This document shows, one piece after another, positions 8,799 to 17,937 of a stretch of 64,000 nt of DNA. Within the stretch, counting starts at the first letter, position 1. Every line of letters begins with the position of its first letter. The DNA is from Escherichia phage phiWec187. Location of the stretch: the sequence record LC739536.1; one strand, given 5' to 3'. Below the pieces are notes generated by a model. It searched no databases. It saw only the letters and a program-made list of their open reading frames with translations, and had not been told where the DNA came from. The translations under genes and the position numbers were made by a program.

Positions 8799-9203
8799 AT
8801 GTGGTCTGTTAAAATCAAATATAATGCGCAGTATTATGGTGGAAAGCCTTACGAAGTTGTTATTTGTGACTGTATCTCTAAAGAAGTTGCACAGCTTTGT
8901 GGCGCTGGTGTTAGTGAAGCTATGAACAAAATGCATAACTCTACTGTGCGTTACCTGGATCAAGATATTCCAGAAGATGTAAATGACTATGCTTACGAAG
9001 TTATTTACAGTGAAGGTAAGAAGCTCTCTATTGAAGATGCACTTAAAGCACTACCTGCTATGTGCAGCCCAACACCAGAAGCAGTTAAAGAGATTTTACC
9101 AGAATCCAACCCCGATGAATATGCTGCTATGGTTGCTTCGGACATGTGGAATCTCTGTCGAGAAACTATGATTAAAAATCTGGTGGAAATGGCGCATGAG
9201 TAA
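8799..9203 (+). CDS. hypothetical protein
   Basis: track ORF; AAGGAGAG RBS. Confidence 0.55.
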   Translation: MWSVKIKYNAQYYGGKPYEVVICDCISKEVAQLCGAGVSEAMNKMHNSTVRYLDQDIPEDVNDYAYEVIYSEGKKLSIEDALKALPAMCSPTPEAVKEILPESNPDEYAAMVASDMWNLCRETMIKNLVEMAHE

Positions 9204-9414
9204 AACGCACTTTATACATCCGTTTGATCCAAAGAACAAGGCGGTTATACACCGCCGTTGGACTGAAACGCGCATTACAAAATGTCCTGTGCCAGCAGCA
9301 CAGGAATATAACAAAACATATAAAGCAGAATTTGTGGAGTACACCTTTGTAAATAACAAAGGGAAGGAGGTTTATGTTCCAGAATACTGCCTTTGGATAA
9401 AATGGGAGGAATAA
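9196..9414 (+). CDS. hypothetical protein
   Basis: track ORF; overlapping start/stop with neighbours. Confidence 0.5.
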   Translation: MSKTHFIHPFDPKNKAVIHRRWTETRITKCPVPAAQEYNKTYKAEFVEYTFVNNKGKEVYVPEYCLWIKWEE

Positions 9415-9581
9415 TGCAAACATTTTTTATCGACAAGTTCAATAAAAGTATGAACACGTGGATGGCAACATTCACTATGCAATTTGCGTCATTTAAAGAA
9501 GCTCAAGAATGGTGCGATCAACACAAGGATTTTGATTTTTACTATCAAGTTAATGCAAATCTTTCTCCAGAGGAGAAATAA
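9414..9581 (+). CDS. hypothetical protein
   Basis: track ORF 9393-9581 trimmed to Met8 (ATG 9414) with GGGAGGA RBS. Confidence 0.45.
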   Translation: MQTFFIDKFNKSMNTWMATFTMQFASFKEAQEWCDQHKDFDFYYQVNANLSPEEK

Positions 9582-9582
9582 T

Positions 9583-9927
9583 ATGTTAGCTGATATTGAA
9601 ATCCTTATGTACCGACAAGGTATGATCAAAATGTGGCTAGATTCTTTTAGCAACATCTACTGTACAGTGCGATCAGCAGACGAGCGTAAAACGCTTATTT
9701 TATCTGCTATTGTTGATAAACAACGTTTCTTCAAAGAAATTTTGCAAACAGGCTTCTCCGATGCAGGAGTAGAGATTGCAACGCTTAGTCTTGGAGTGCT
9801 GTCTTACTTGGAATCCGTTGTTTTATATGTCTTCTCTTTAGAAGAACACTTGCAATTTGAAGCATTAAAACTTATCTTAGATGCTGCAATTGACATAGAA
9901 CAAAATCGAATTGATTCTTTTGAATAA
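9583..9927 (+). CDS. hypothetical protein
   Basis: track ORF 9484-9927 trimmed to Met34 (ATG 9583), GGAGAAA RBS; avoids overlap with upstream gene. Confidence 0.5.
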   Translation: MLADIEILMYRQGMIKMWLDSFSNIYCTVRSADERKTLILSAIVDKQRFFKEILQTGFSDAGVEIATLSLGVLSYLESVVLYVFSLEEHLQFEALKLILDAAIDIEQNRIDSFE

Positions 9928-9943
9928 AAATAAGGAGGAAACT

Positions 9944-10402
9944 ATGCAAGAGGTTAAACATTATCCACATGGTCGTAGTTTTGTAGCTGTATGGCATGTT
10001 CCTGCTCGTAATGAACTATTTTGCGCATCTTTTCATTACAAAGATGGACAATATTTCACCTATGACGAGACGATGGATGATTTTATCCCAGAGTGCGATC
10101 ATGGGTATACACCAATGTTCTTTAAACGTATGAAAGCTCGTTTCTTCGTTACAGATGTTGATGGTGAACCTACTTGGCACATCGAAGAAGATTGGCAAGA
10201 TTCTGTGGATATTAAAGAAGCCCCAGAATGGGCTACATTACTGGTACACGTCAAAACCCCTACTCTTGACGTTATGGCGTGGGTTAATCATGATGATACC
10301 CATTACCAATACATAAATGGTAGCACAGAGATTTCTGGTGAGATTATTGGTCGTTGGAAGCCTACGAATCAGGTTGCTATTGTCGGGTATAAGACAGTAT
10401 AA
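9944..10402 (+). CDS. hypothetical protein
   Basis: track ORF trimmed to Met12 (ATG 9944) with TAAGGAGGA RBS. Confidence 0.55.
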   Translation: MQEVKHYPHGRSFVAVWHVPARNELFCASFHYKDGQYFTYDETMDDFIPECDHGYTPMFFKRMKARFFVTDVDGEPTWHIEEDWQDSVDIKEAPEWATLLVHVKTPTLDVMAWVNHDDTHYQYINGSTEISGEIIGRWKPTNQVAIVGYKTV

Positions 10403-10403
10403 T

Positions 10404-10598
10404 ATGAAAAATAGTGTAGATTGGGATGATTTATCCGATTTTGAAAAATGGTTCTTAGGTAGTGGTTGTTATGCAGATGGGGATCTCGAAAGAGATCCTT
10501 CTGGAAACTACACTATGCCATTAACCCAAGGTTTTTATGAGTGCTGGTGCGCAGCACAAAACAACGTACTGAATAAGGAGACAACACAATGCAATTAA
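10404..10598 (+). CDS. hypothetical protein
   Basis: track ORF 10317-10598 trimmed to Met30 directly after upstream stop; weak RBS. Confidence 0.4.
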   Translation: MKNSVDWDDLSDFEKWFLGSGCYADGDLERDPSGNYTMPLTQGFYECWCAAQNNVLNKETTQCN

Positions 10599-10828
10599 AC
10601 ATCGGACAACCAATTTTTGATGCAGATACTGGTCAATATGCAGTGATTGTTGCTCGTATGAGCGGTGATGACCTTATTGTTTCAGAACTACTCGGATCAG
10701 ATCCGCAACTGCGCGTAGTATGTGACCTATATCTTCGAGACGAAAGTGATCGCATTGCACTGAAAGAAGATGGTATGCTCTACTATACCTGGACTAGAGA
10801 TCCTGGGGTAACGGAGGTAGAGGTATAA
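10589..10828 (+). CDS. hypothetical protein
   Basis: track ORF; AAGGAGACAA RBS. Confidence 0.5.
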   Translation: MQLNIGQPIFDADTGQYAVIVARMSGDDLIVSELLGSDPQLRVVCDLYLRDESDRIALKEDGMLYYTWTRDPGVTEVEV

Positions 10829-11127
10829 TGGTAAGGAATAGGGGTTTACATAAAAGAAGACACCTTACTTACTGGCATCGTAAAGTACATGAACCTGTAT
10901 CAAAGAAAGAATGGCAATATCTGCCTTATGGGAAGGAGCGAAGAAAGTATCTGTTAGCTCACTTAAGGGTACATGGTTCTCTTCCTGTTAACAGTAAGTG
11001 GCAATTGCAAACAGCTTATGACGAAGATATGAAATATCTGTTAAAGAGAGGCATTATTTGCCTTGTTAAGATAGGACGATGGAAATCTCGTCAATCTTAT
11101 ATCGTACTTAAACAGGAGAAACGATGA
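10828..11127 (+). CDS. hypothetical basic protein
   Basis: track ORF; Lys/Arg-rich, possible nucleic-acid binding (inference). Confidence 0.5.
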   Translation: MVRNRGLHKRRHLTYWHRKVHEPVSKKEWQYLPYGKERRKYLLAHLRVHGSLPVNSKWQLQTAYDEDMKYLLKRGIICLVKIGRWKSRQSYIVLKQEKR

Positions 11128-11375
11128 ATATCAAAGATGTTGTAGCATACGTAGAAGATGAAGTTAAAAACCATACAAGTTTACTGAAAGTAATGGTTGT
11201 GGTTAAAGATGGTATTGGACAAGTAAACGTACAACATGTCTTATCTGACACTGTATATAATGTGTTTGAATGTAAAGAAACACCTCATGGAGTACGTGTT
11301 GTTTATATTGATAACAATTTCAAAGAATGTGTGAGACATACCTTAGAAAATGAACTAAGGATCACAATCTTATGA
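11124..11375 (+). CDS. hypothetical protein
   Basis: track ORF; ATGA overlap with upstream gene. Confidence 0.5.
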   Translation: MNIKDVVAYVEDEVKNHTSLLKVMVVVKDGIGQVNVQHVLSDTVYNVFECKETPHGVRVVYIDNNFKECVRHTLENELRITIL

Positions 11376-11545
11376 GTTATTATGTTGTACCTTATGCCAA
11401 TAAGTGGAGAGTAAGAGAAACTTGTTTTCTATTCTCCTGGTGGGCTACGTTCGGAGATGGTTGTGGAAATGATACAGGAAAGCCTGTAGAGTACGACACA
11501 AAAGAAGAATGTGAACAGTGGATAAAATTAACACAAAGATGTTGA
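11372..11545 (+). CDS. hypothetical small protein (57 aa)
   Basis: ATG 11372 overlapping upstream stop (ATGA); Cys/Trp-rich; under track cutoff. Confidence 0.4.
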   Translation: MSYYVVPYANKWRVRETCFLFSWWATFGDGCGNDTGKPVEYDTKEECEQWIKLTQRC

Positions 11546-11598
11546 CACGATCTTAACTTCTTGTTAGTATCAATGTGTACTAACGATAAGGAGGGTTT

Positions 11599-11823
11599 AT
11601 GAAGTCTGTAAACAAGTTGCAACAATTTTTGTTATCAACAGCAATCTTTTTGCTTTTGTTAATTGGTATTCTGTATGGTGCATCTAACTTATACAATCTA
11701 CATAATGATGTAGAACAGAATAAAGAGAAGTGCATCATTCTAAAACACAAGAAACAAGCAGAAGATTTCTTAAAGAATAAGTGTTACAACTACATTGATT
11801 ATGAGGAGACAAACAATGATTAA
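11599..11823 (+). CDS. small membrane protein, paralog family B
   Basis: AAGGAGGG RBS; N-terminal TM helix; EKCIILKHKKQAEDFL block matches ORF 6887-7105. Confidence 0.55.
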   Translation: MKSVNKLQQFLLSTAIFLLLLIGILYGASNLYNLHNDVEQNKEKCIILKHKKQAEDFLKNKCYNYIDYEETNND

Positions 11824-12058
11824 AGAATTAGGTATGCGAGTATACAGTGAGTGGACTCCAAGCAATGGCCCAGGAGTTGTTGCAGCTAAATGTATCAATG
11901 GTCGTATTGAGTACCTGGAAGGGTATGAAGATAATGAAGAATTAGTAGATTATGCTAAATCTTTTATTGAAGATGATACAGACTTTATTGTATTATATGA
12001 TACAGGAGAGTTAGAGTATGGATATGATGGAGATGGGGATATCTTTGAACTTCAATAA
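11816..12058 (+). CDS. hypothetical acidic protein
   Basis: track ORF trimmed to Met8 (ATG 11816) with GAGGAG RBS. Confidence 0.5.
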   Translation: MIKELGMRVYSEWTPSNGPGVVAAKCINGRIEYLEGYEDNEELVDYAKSFIEDDTDFIVLYDTGELEYGYDGDGDIFELQ

Positions 12059-12265
12059 GAGTAGTAAGTAAGGTATAGAGAGTATATAGTTAGTTATAGA
12101 GTTAGTAACATTACATATACTCTTTCCATGTATAACATGGAATATTCTCTACCTCGCTATCGCTCGGTATATAAGATTAGGGTAGCATGTTTTTTACGAA
12201 AAGTAAAACTGTTTATACCGATTGATAGCAGGTTTTTAATAGATTCTATCTATGAGGAGTAGAAA

Positions 12266-12484
12266 GTGTACAAATTATATAAAGGAAAAGATAAGTTTAC
12301 GGGTAATACATCTGGTTTCTATGTAACACCACGTGGTGTTGCTGTGTTCGATTGGATCTCTGGTACGCCAGATCGTGAAATGATCTCTCTTGTAAAACTG
12401 TCAGAACAAGATTATACTTACGGTGACATTACAACATTCTATTCTCGTGCAGAAAATCCAAAACTGATTGCGGAGTGGGAATAA
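12266..12484 (+). CDS. hypothetical protein
   Basis: GTG start at 12266 with GAGGAG RBS 6 nt upstream. Confidence 0.5.
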   Translation: MYKLYKGKDKFTGNTSGFYVTPRGVAVFDWISGTPDREMISLVKLSEQDYTYGDITTFYSRAENPKLIAEWE

Positions 12485-12747
12485 TGGTTACACGATATGA
12501 TTTAGAGGTGTACAGCCAAGGTGCTGCTGGTCAATGTGATATTGTACCAGATCCAGAAGGGGATTATGTTCTTCTTGCTGATTACAATAAGCTAGAAGAA
12601 AGACTTCTGGCTGTGTATGCTAAAGAGAACAAAACAATCTGTCCTTATTGCAGTGGAATGGGTTGGGTAGTTGCAGATGTTGGACAGATGTATGAATGTG
12701 TGCCTTGTAAAACCACAGGATTTATTGAAAAGGATACTGACAAATGA
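12475..12747 (+). CDS. hypothetical Cys-rich protein, paralog family C
   Basis: QCDIVPDPEGDYV...CPYC...CVPC; block shared with ORF 7115-7339. Confidence 0.55.
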   Translation: MGIMVTRYDLEVYSQGAAGQCDIVPDPEGDYVLLADYNKLEERLLAVYAKENKTICPYCSGMGWVVADVGQMYECVPCKTTGFIEKDTDK

Positions 12748-12992
12748 CTGTAGCAGATAAAATGAGAGAACTGGCAGAAAACGCAGAACTTAACAAAGCA
12801 AAGGAGAGTTTACAAAATATCTACGCGTATATTGAAAGAGCAGCTAAAGATGGAGACAGAGAAGCTGCTATATACACGCTTTATCCAACTTTCGTAAAAG
12901 TTAGCTTGGATGCTGAAGGTTTTTCAACTTTTATCGATACAGAAACATCTCATTACGATGAAAACTTTACTCGAATAGTTATTCGATGGTAA
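12744..12992 (+). CDS. hypothetical protein
   Basis: track ORF; ATGA overlap. Confidence 0.5.
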   Translation: MTVADKMRELAENAELNKAKESLQNIYAYIERAAKDGDREAAIYTLYPTFVKVSLDAEGFSTFIDTETSHYDENFTRIVIRW

Positions 12993-13097
12993 ATTTCTGA
13001 TATTTATGCGCCCTGGCTACCTGGGCGTAATAAATTCAGCTTATATTTGATCCGCGCCTTCGGCGCTTAGGCAAAGCCACGCCACATAGGAGAGTTT

Positions 13098-13508
13098 ATG
13101 TTCAAATGGTTAAAAGAGTTTCTAACATCTTTGGCAGAACCTAAGCAAGATGTTATTAAAAGCTCTATCACAGGAAAACCGCTTGTTATAGTTACAGGCG
13201 GCTTTGGTCATGGGTTTTCTCTTAAACAAACAGACATAGGTTTACAGGGATGTTTGATTAGTTTTAGAATCACTCAATTAGGAGATAATAGACAAACAAT
13301 CTTAGACCTTTTCAATGGGGAGTTTGATGATTATTTATCTAAGAGTGGTAAAGAACGTCTGATCGAACATATAAAACACCGCTATGAGCATGGTGGTTAC
13401 TACTTAGATACAAAACGTAATGCACAAGGTGATCTTGACATAGTTCGTATAGCGTGGGATAATGAATTTAAAACTAAACTTGGTAAACTTCTGGAGGAGT
13501 TATGGTAA
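13098..13508 (+). CDS. hypothetical protein
   Basis: track ORF; GGAGAG RBS; preceded by two GC-rich hairpins at 13008-13068. Confidence 0.55.
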   Translation: MFKWLKEFLTSLAEPKQDVIKSSITGKPLVIVTGGFGHGFSLKQTDIGLQGCLISFRITQLGDNRQTILDLFNGEFDDYLSKSGKERLIEHIKHRYEHGGYYLDTKRNAQGDLDIVRIAWDNEFKTKLGKLLEELW

Positions 13509-13684
13509 ATATTAAAACAGGTGATATTGTACGTCTTGCCAGTGAAGAAATGTTAATGACTGTAATGGTATCTACCTATGATACTTGCGAAGTGGTATGG
13601 TTTGATGTTAATGAACAACTACAGAAAGCTACATTTGATAAACGTATGCTTCGTAAAATTGAAGAAGTGAAGGAGGAAGAATAA
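13502..13684 (+). CDS. hypothetical protein
   Basis: track ORF; overlap with upstream gene. Confidence 0.45.
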   Translation: MVNIKTGDIVRLASEEMLMTVMVSTYDTCEVVWFDVNEQLQKATFDKRMLRKIEEVKEEE

Positions 13685-13685
13685 T

Positions 13686-13898
13686 ATGACAATGTTGCTT
13701 CGTATGTTTGTGTTTCTTATGTTCTGGATTATCGTTGGTAACGGTATTGTGTTTTTGATTTTTCCTGAAGTAATGACAGGTAATGAAAATAAGGCAGTGC
13801 CTTACATTATGCTTATCGGTTACGGTATTGGTACACTTGGATTACTGTTTGCTGACTGGTTAGTCAATACTTTGTTCTCTAAGTACAGGAACAACTAA
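13686..13898 (+). CDS. small membrane protein
   Basis: two hydrophobic helices (FVFLMFWIIVGNGIVFLIF and IMLIGYGIGTLGLLFADWLV). Confidence 0.5.
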   Translation: MTMLLRMFVFLMFWIIVGNGIVFLIFPEVMTGNENKAVPYIMLIGYGIGTLGLLFADWLVNTLFSKYRNN

Positions 13899-13899
13899 T

Positions 13900-14172
13900 A
13901 TGTCGGAAAAATTACCTAATGTTTTCTTTTGTTTTGTAGATTGTGTTACACAAGAAATTATAGTTGACGAAGAAGGTATGTTTACTTATTTTGCATCTGA
14001 AGAAGAGGCAAAACTGTCAGCTATGAAATGTATAAGCCAATTGTCAGTACCTGCTGTCAACAGGTTCGGTATTGCACAGGTGTATAAAACAGTAACAGAG
14101 TTTACACCAGATCGAAAACTAACTTTTCTTAACGTTCACTTTGTTTGTAAGTTTAGTGAACTACGACATTAA
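13900..14172 (+). CDS. hypothetical protein
   Basis: track ORF. Confidence 0.5.
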   Translation: MSEKLPNVFFCFVDCVTQEIIVDEEGMFTYFASEEEAKLSAMKCISQLSVPAVNRFGIAQVYKTVTEFTPDRKLTFLNVHFVCKFSELRH

Positions 14173-14185
14173 ATCAGGAGTGAAA

Positions 14186-14785
14186 ATGAAAGAATATTGG
14201 AGTGGTGAGAAGGGCTTACTAAAGCCAGGAATGCTTTTGCGAGTGAAGAACATGTTGATCACACAAGATTACATAATGCCTAATCCTGGAGCATTAGTAG
14301 AATTCCTTACTGCGCGAGATCAACCTGGGGTTGGTGAAATGTGGATTGTAACGTGGATATCTCTCGATGGTAAATTGCGCGTTGCTCCTATTGACCCAAA
14401 ACACCTAGAATCTCCTTACGCCAGTATTGATCCTCGGATCATAGATTTGGCTAGAGTTTATAAAGCTCGTACTGGTGTAGAATTAAATGTGGAAATTTTA
14501 AATCAATGTATTGACTTCTTACCGGAAAAAGTGCATAATGCACAACAAGAAGGTAACGGTTTAGAAGTTGTTCTTCTTAATGATGGGATGTTCTCTGGTT
14601 TGGCATCCGTAGATTTTCCAATAACATTAAGATTGTTACCTGGAGAATATGTACTGGATGAAGATACTATTGCTATATCCTCTAAAATTTTAGAACTCAT
14701 TCCAGGTGCAAGGTGTGTTGGTGATACATCTTCCTTGCTGTTTACTCTGAATGAAGAAGCCATTATAGTTAAAAAGGAGAAGTAA
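14186..14785 (+). CDS. hypothetical protein
   Basis: track ORF 14141-14785 trimmed to Met16 (ATG 14186) with CAGGAG RBS. Confidence 0.5.
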   Translation: MKEYWSGEKGLLKPGMLLRVKNMLITQDYIMPNPGALVEFLTARDQPGVGEMWIVTWISLDGKLRVAPIDPKHLESPYASIDPRIIDLARVYKARTGVELNVEILNQCIDFLPEKVHNAQQEGNGLEVVLLNDGMFSGLASVDFPITLRLLPGEYVLDEDTIAISSKILELIPGARCVGDTSSLLFTLNEEAIIVKKEK

Positions 14786-14890
14786 ATGATGACGTTTATT
14801 GTTGGTGTTGTTGTTGGTTATTTTGGTCACAAGTACCAAGATGTTATCATCGCTAAAGTTGACGAAGTAATCGAAAAATTTAAACACTAA
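14786..14890 (+). CDS. small membrane peptide (34 aa)
   Basis: ATG 14786 with AAGGAGAAG RBS; MMTFIVGVVVGYFGHK... Confidence 0.35.
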   Translation: MMTFIVGVVVGYFGHKYQDVIIAKVDEVIEKFKH

Positions 14891-14940
14891 TTTTTAAAAG
14901 GCTGTACTGCTGTGCAGCCTATCTTTCAAAGGAGAGTAAA

Positions 14941-15114
14941 ATGTTCAAAGATACCAATTATAAATGTGTACATTGTGGTAAATCTTTTGGTGATCACAAA
15001 GCTAAAACATTCAATTGTCCACGAAAAGGGCGAGGTAGCTTTAAAGGTTTTAATCCATCTCACGTTTATTCTCCCAACTACGAGAAACCAGAAGAAGAAA
15101 AATTTGTAATCTGA
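14941..15114 (+). CDS. small zinc-ribbon protein (57 aa)
   Basis: ATG 14941 with AAAGGAGAG RBS; CxxC...CP motif; preferred over alternate-frame track ORF 14912-15109. Confidence 0.45.
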   Translation: MFKDTNYKCVHCGKSFGDHKAKTFNCPRKGRGSFKGFNPSHVYSPNYEKPEEEKFVI

Positions 15115-15123
15115 GGAGGCAAT

Positions 15124-15411
15124 ATGGAACTAGTGCAAGAAGTTTATGAAAAACTGAAAGAAGAGAATCTTGATTGGCCTGAACATGCTCTTATTGTCGT
15201 CAAAGATACTAATGGTGAAATAAAATTCTCAAGTGTAAGTGAAGATGATGTTGTTTTAAGTCCTACAGGATATTATATGAGAGGTGTTACGTGTCTATTC
15301 AACACCAAAGTGTATCCTGAAATTAAACTTAGTTACGGTGAACCTGATCATCCAGATATCGTTACACGTAATGAATATGAAAATTATTATTTTGCTCGTG
15401 AAAGCAAATAA
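15124..15411 (+). CDS. hypothetical protein
   Basis: track ORF; GAGGAGG RBS. Confidence 0.55.
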   Translation: MELVQEVYEKLKEENLDWPEHALIVVKDTNGEIKFSSVSEDDVVLSPTGYYMRGVTCLFNTKVYPEIKLSYGEPDHPDIVTRNEYENYYFARESK

Positions 15412-15419
15412 GGAAAACT

Positions 15420-15743
15420 ATGCAAAAAATAAACACTGGTTCTCGTCCTAAACAGAAGCAAACAAAAGCAAGGGTATCTTATGTTGACAAATCTTGTTAT
15501 AATTTCAAAAATGTTAAAGAAGTTATCATTGATGAAAAAGAAGGTTTGATTCACATTTCATCTGAACGTTTGAAAGGTAGTGTTACTCTTCGTGAGAATG
15601 TATCTATACCTATGAAAGTTGTGGCTACACTCTGTGTTGATAAACCAGATGTTGTTAACTACTATGTGTTCCGTGATAGTTGTATTTCATTACATAATAA
15701 GATTTTTAAATCTTCGCACGTTAAAACAAAACACATTGTATAA
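15420..15743 (+). CDS. hypothetical protein
   Basis: track ORF; AAGGAAA RBS. Confidence 0.5.
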   Translation: MQKINTGSRPKQKQTKARVSYVDKSCYNFKNVKEVIIDEKEGLIHISSERLKGSVTLRENVSIPMKVVATLCVDKPDVVNYYVFRDSCISLHNKIFKSSHVKTKHIV

Positions 15744-15749
15744 CACATA

Positions 15750-15772
15750 AACCCGCTTCGGCGGGTTTTCTT
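15750..15772 (+). terminator. rho-independent terminator
   Basis: AACCCGC-TTCG-GCGGGTT hairpin plus TTTCTT. Confidence 0.65.
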
Positions 15773-15828
15773 GTATGTGTGTTCTTTATTTGTTATAAGT
15801 ATTCTTAGTATAAACAATAGGAGGTATT

Positions 15829-16050
15829 ATGTCTGTAGTTGTAGAAGGTAGTATTGGTTTCTTAGTAGATAACCCTCACCCTTTCGTGGTTAAGGTTCAT
15901 ATTCAAGAAAAGGTAAGCAACAATACGTGGTTGTGCTTGTTAGATAGTAAGATACACTCTTATACAGAGGTTTATCTTCACACTTGGCAAATTGGTACGA
16001 TAACAGCAGAGGATGAATTGATAATTGAACTATATGAACGAGATTTATAG
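15829..16050 (+). CDS. hypothetical protein
   Basis: track ORF; TAGGAGG RBS. Confidence 0.55.
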   Translation: MSVVVEGSIGFLVDNPHPFVVKVHIQEKVSNNTWLCLLDSKIHSYTEVYLHTWQIGTITAEDELIIELYERDL

Positions 16051-16130
16051 ATGACTTTATTAGAGAGTATTGTAGTGTTAATCATCTTTATCATTGTTGT
16101 CATAGGATATTTTACAGAAGACTAAAATAA

Positions 16131-16160
16131 AGCCCCTAGAATCGCTTCTAGGGGCTTTTG
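16131..16160 (+). terminator. rho-independent terminator ending the plus-strand block
   Basis: AGCCCCTAGA-ATCGCT-TCTAGGGGCT hairpin then TTTTG. Confidence 0.65.
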
Positions 16161-16225
16161 TCTACATTAGGTAGGGAAACGTATTACTAAAATAAAAAGT
16201 GCGTTAGAATGCGTTACAGGAGGTT

Positions 16226-16483
16226 TTAGGAATGCATAAAATCTTCTTCAGGGCAGGTTGAGAGATAAGAGATGCATGTTGGGACAACAACAACATTGTC
16301 TTTAAGGTTTTCAACCAAGCCTTTTGTAATCCCAGCCACTGCCCCGTTAATATCTGCTTGACGGATACCAAAACCTTGTTGTGCGGATAGATAACAAAAT
16401 CCCTCACCTTTCTGTTGATTGTTATTGAAGTAATACACGTAGTGCATCATAAAATGGTCTTTAACGATTTGTTCTGTGGTCAT
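16226..16483 (-). CDS. hypothetical protein
   Basis: track ORF; AGGAG RBS on minus strand. Confidence 0.5.
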   Translation of the reverse strand: MTTEQIVKDHFMMHYVYYFNNNQQKGEGFCYLSAQQGFGIRQADINGAVAGITKGLVENLKDNVVVVPTCISYLSTCPEEDFMHS

Positions 16484-16492
16484 AATATTCTC

Positions 16493-16517
16493 CTATAAGA
16501 AAAGGGGCTTTCGCCCC
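16493..16517 (-). terminator. rho-independent terminator after Sir2-like gene
   Basis: GGGGCTTTCGCCCCC hairpin with T-run on minus strand. Confidence 0.6.
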
Positions 16518-16527
16518 CTTGGTTAAG

Positions 16528-17340
16528 TTATTTAGTCAAATGATCTTCTATCATTTTTATGAAAGCAGGATTGCTAAAAGCATCTGCGGCCTTTTCTCGA
16601 TAAACAAAGACTCCTCTATCTTCGTAAAGAAGAGTTTCTTCGTAATTAATTCCTGGGTTAACAACAATCATTTTTGTACCCATATTAAGTGCAGGGAATA
16701 ATTCCCAATTAAAATTGATAACTTGGTTTGAACATCCTACTACAACAACCAAATCTTGCATGGTCAAAGTATCAAACAAGTGAGCCATATCTGCATACAA
16801 AGGTGCAGCCTCACCAAAAAATACAACATTAGGCTTCACCCAGTTGTAATCATCTATGTTTATACTGTTGTAACCAATATCTACCAGTGTTTTGTAATCC
16901 CCAGGATGCATACGGTAAACTACTTCAGGAAGATATCCGTGCACGTGGATAACAGAATCCCTGTCTACACCTGCTCGCTCTAGTAGATCATCAACGTTTG
17001 TTGTCAAGTTTACTACTTGGTTAGGATATTCCTTAAACCACTTTGCTATTTGAATATGTGCAGCATTAGGTTGTACATCTTTAAGCTCAACACGTCTTTT
17101 GTTATAAAATTCGTGTGTTTTGGCATACAAATCCATACCGTTTTCGTCTACACCACCAACCACTGGAAGATCTGGTGATGTTCTCACACGATAACCTGCT
17201 TGGAAAGCTCCAATATCGCAGATCTCTTCTAAATCCCATTCTTCCCATAGGGCACGACCACTATCTGTGTCTGTTCGGAATGTTCGAATCCCACTATCTG
17301 CACTTAAACCAGCTCCACTAACAAAAATTACTCTTCGCAT
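16528..17340 (-). CDS. Sir2-family (sirtuin-like) NAD-dependent protein
   Basis: GAGLSADSGIRTFR, PNAAHIQIA, TTNVDDLLERAG, HVHG, KPNVVFFGEAAP, VVVVGCS match Sir2 catalytic-core motifs; no CxxC zinc motif. Confidence 0.75.
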   Translation of the reverse strand: MRRVIFVSGAGLSADSGIRTFRTDTDSGRALWEEWDLEEICDIGAFQAGYRVRTSPDLPVVGGVDENGMDLYAKTHEFYNKRRVELKDVQPNAAHIQIAKWFKEYPNQVVNLTTNVDDLLERAGVDRDSVIHVHGYLPEVVYRMHPGDYKTLVDIGYNSINIDDYNWVKPNVVFFGEAAPLYADMAHLFDTLTMQDLVVVVGCSNQVINFNWELFPALNMGTKMIVVNPGINYEETLLYEDRGVFVYREKAADAFSNPAFIKMIEDHLTK

Positions 17341-17897
17341 TCAATATCCTCTTCGTAATCATCATCCCAAGAAGATGCGTCGTAACGCTCTTCCGCTTCG
17401 AAATCCCAGTTAATTTCTACCCCAAAATCTAAAAACAATTTAACAATGTTTTCTGTAGAGTAGTATTTATCATAAGCATTAGCTAGTTCCCAATACTTAT
17501 CACTCAATTTTTTATAAGTAGGATCATTATAGTCATAATCTACTTTATAACCATAGTCATACATCTCTTGTTCAGCTTTAAGCATAGCTTCTGGTGTAAG
17601 AAGATTAGGGAACGGACGATTTCTTTCTTTTAACTTAGAAGCGATCCAGTTTGCAACATTCGCCACTTCACCATCTCGATTATCACCTAAACAACTTGCA
17701 TAATCTCCATCTTCGTAAGTGCCTAAATCCCCACTTACTTCATGTACAATAGATGAATACGATCCACACGTTTCACAATCTGAAAAAGTGTCTACTGTTG
17801 TAATATCAATAGATAAAACTGGTAAAGCCATAGCTTCTTTCACACAAGCCTCCTCATATAATAACATGTCATCAAAACCCATATATCCTCCAGACAA
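17328..17897 (-). CDS. highly acidic protein (possible DNA mimic)
   Basis: Asp/Glu/Tyr-rich 189 aa; 3-prime end overlaps Sir2-like start (coupling). Confidence 0.5.
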   Translation of the reverse strand: MSGGYMGFDDMLLYEEACVKEAMALPVLSIDITTVDTFSDCETCGSYSSIVHEVSGDLGTYEDGDYASCLGDNRDGEVANVANWIASKLKERNRPFPNLLTPEAMLKAEQEMYDYGYKVDYDYNDPTYKKLSDKYWELANAYDKYYSTENIVKLFLDFGVEINWDFEAEERYDASSWDDDYEEDIECEE

Positions 17898-17937
17898 ATA
17901 AAGCCCCTGCTTGGGGGCTTTGGTTAAGTTTTACGGA

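Noticed and set aside
9096-9475. Minus-strand ORFs 9096-9359, 9172-9423 and 9275-9475
   Set aside because: Antisense to a tightly packed plus-strand operon with RBS-supported genes; no RBS of their own.
14912-15109. Track ORF of 65 aa
   Set aside because: The alternative frame starting at ATG 14941 has a strong AAAGGAGAG RBS and a zinc-ribbon CxxC pattern; the track ORF has neither.
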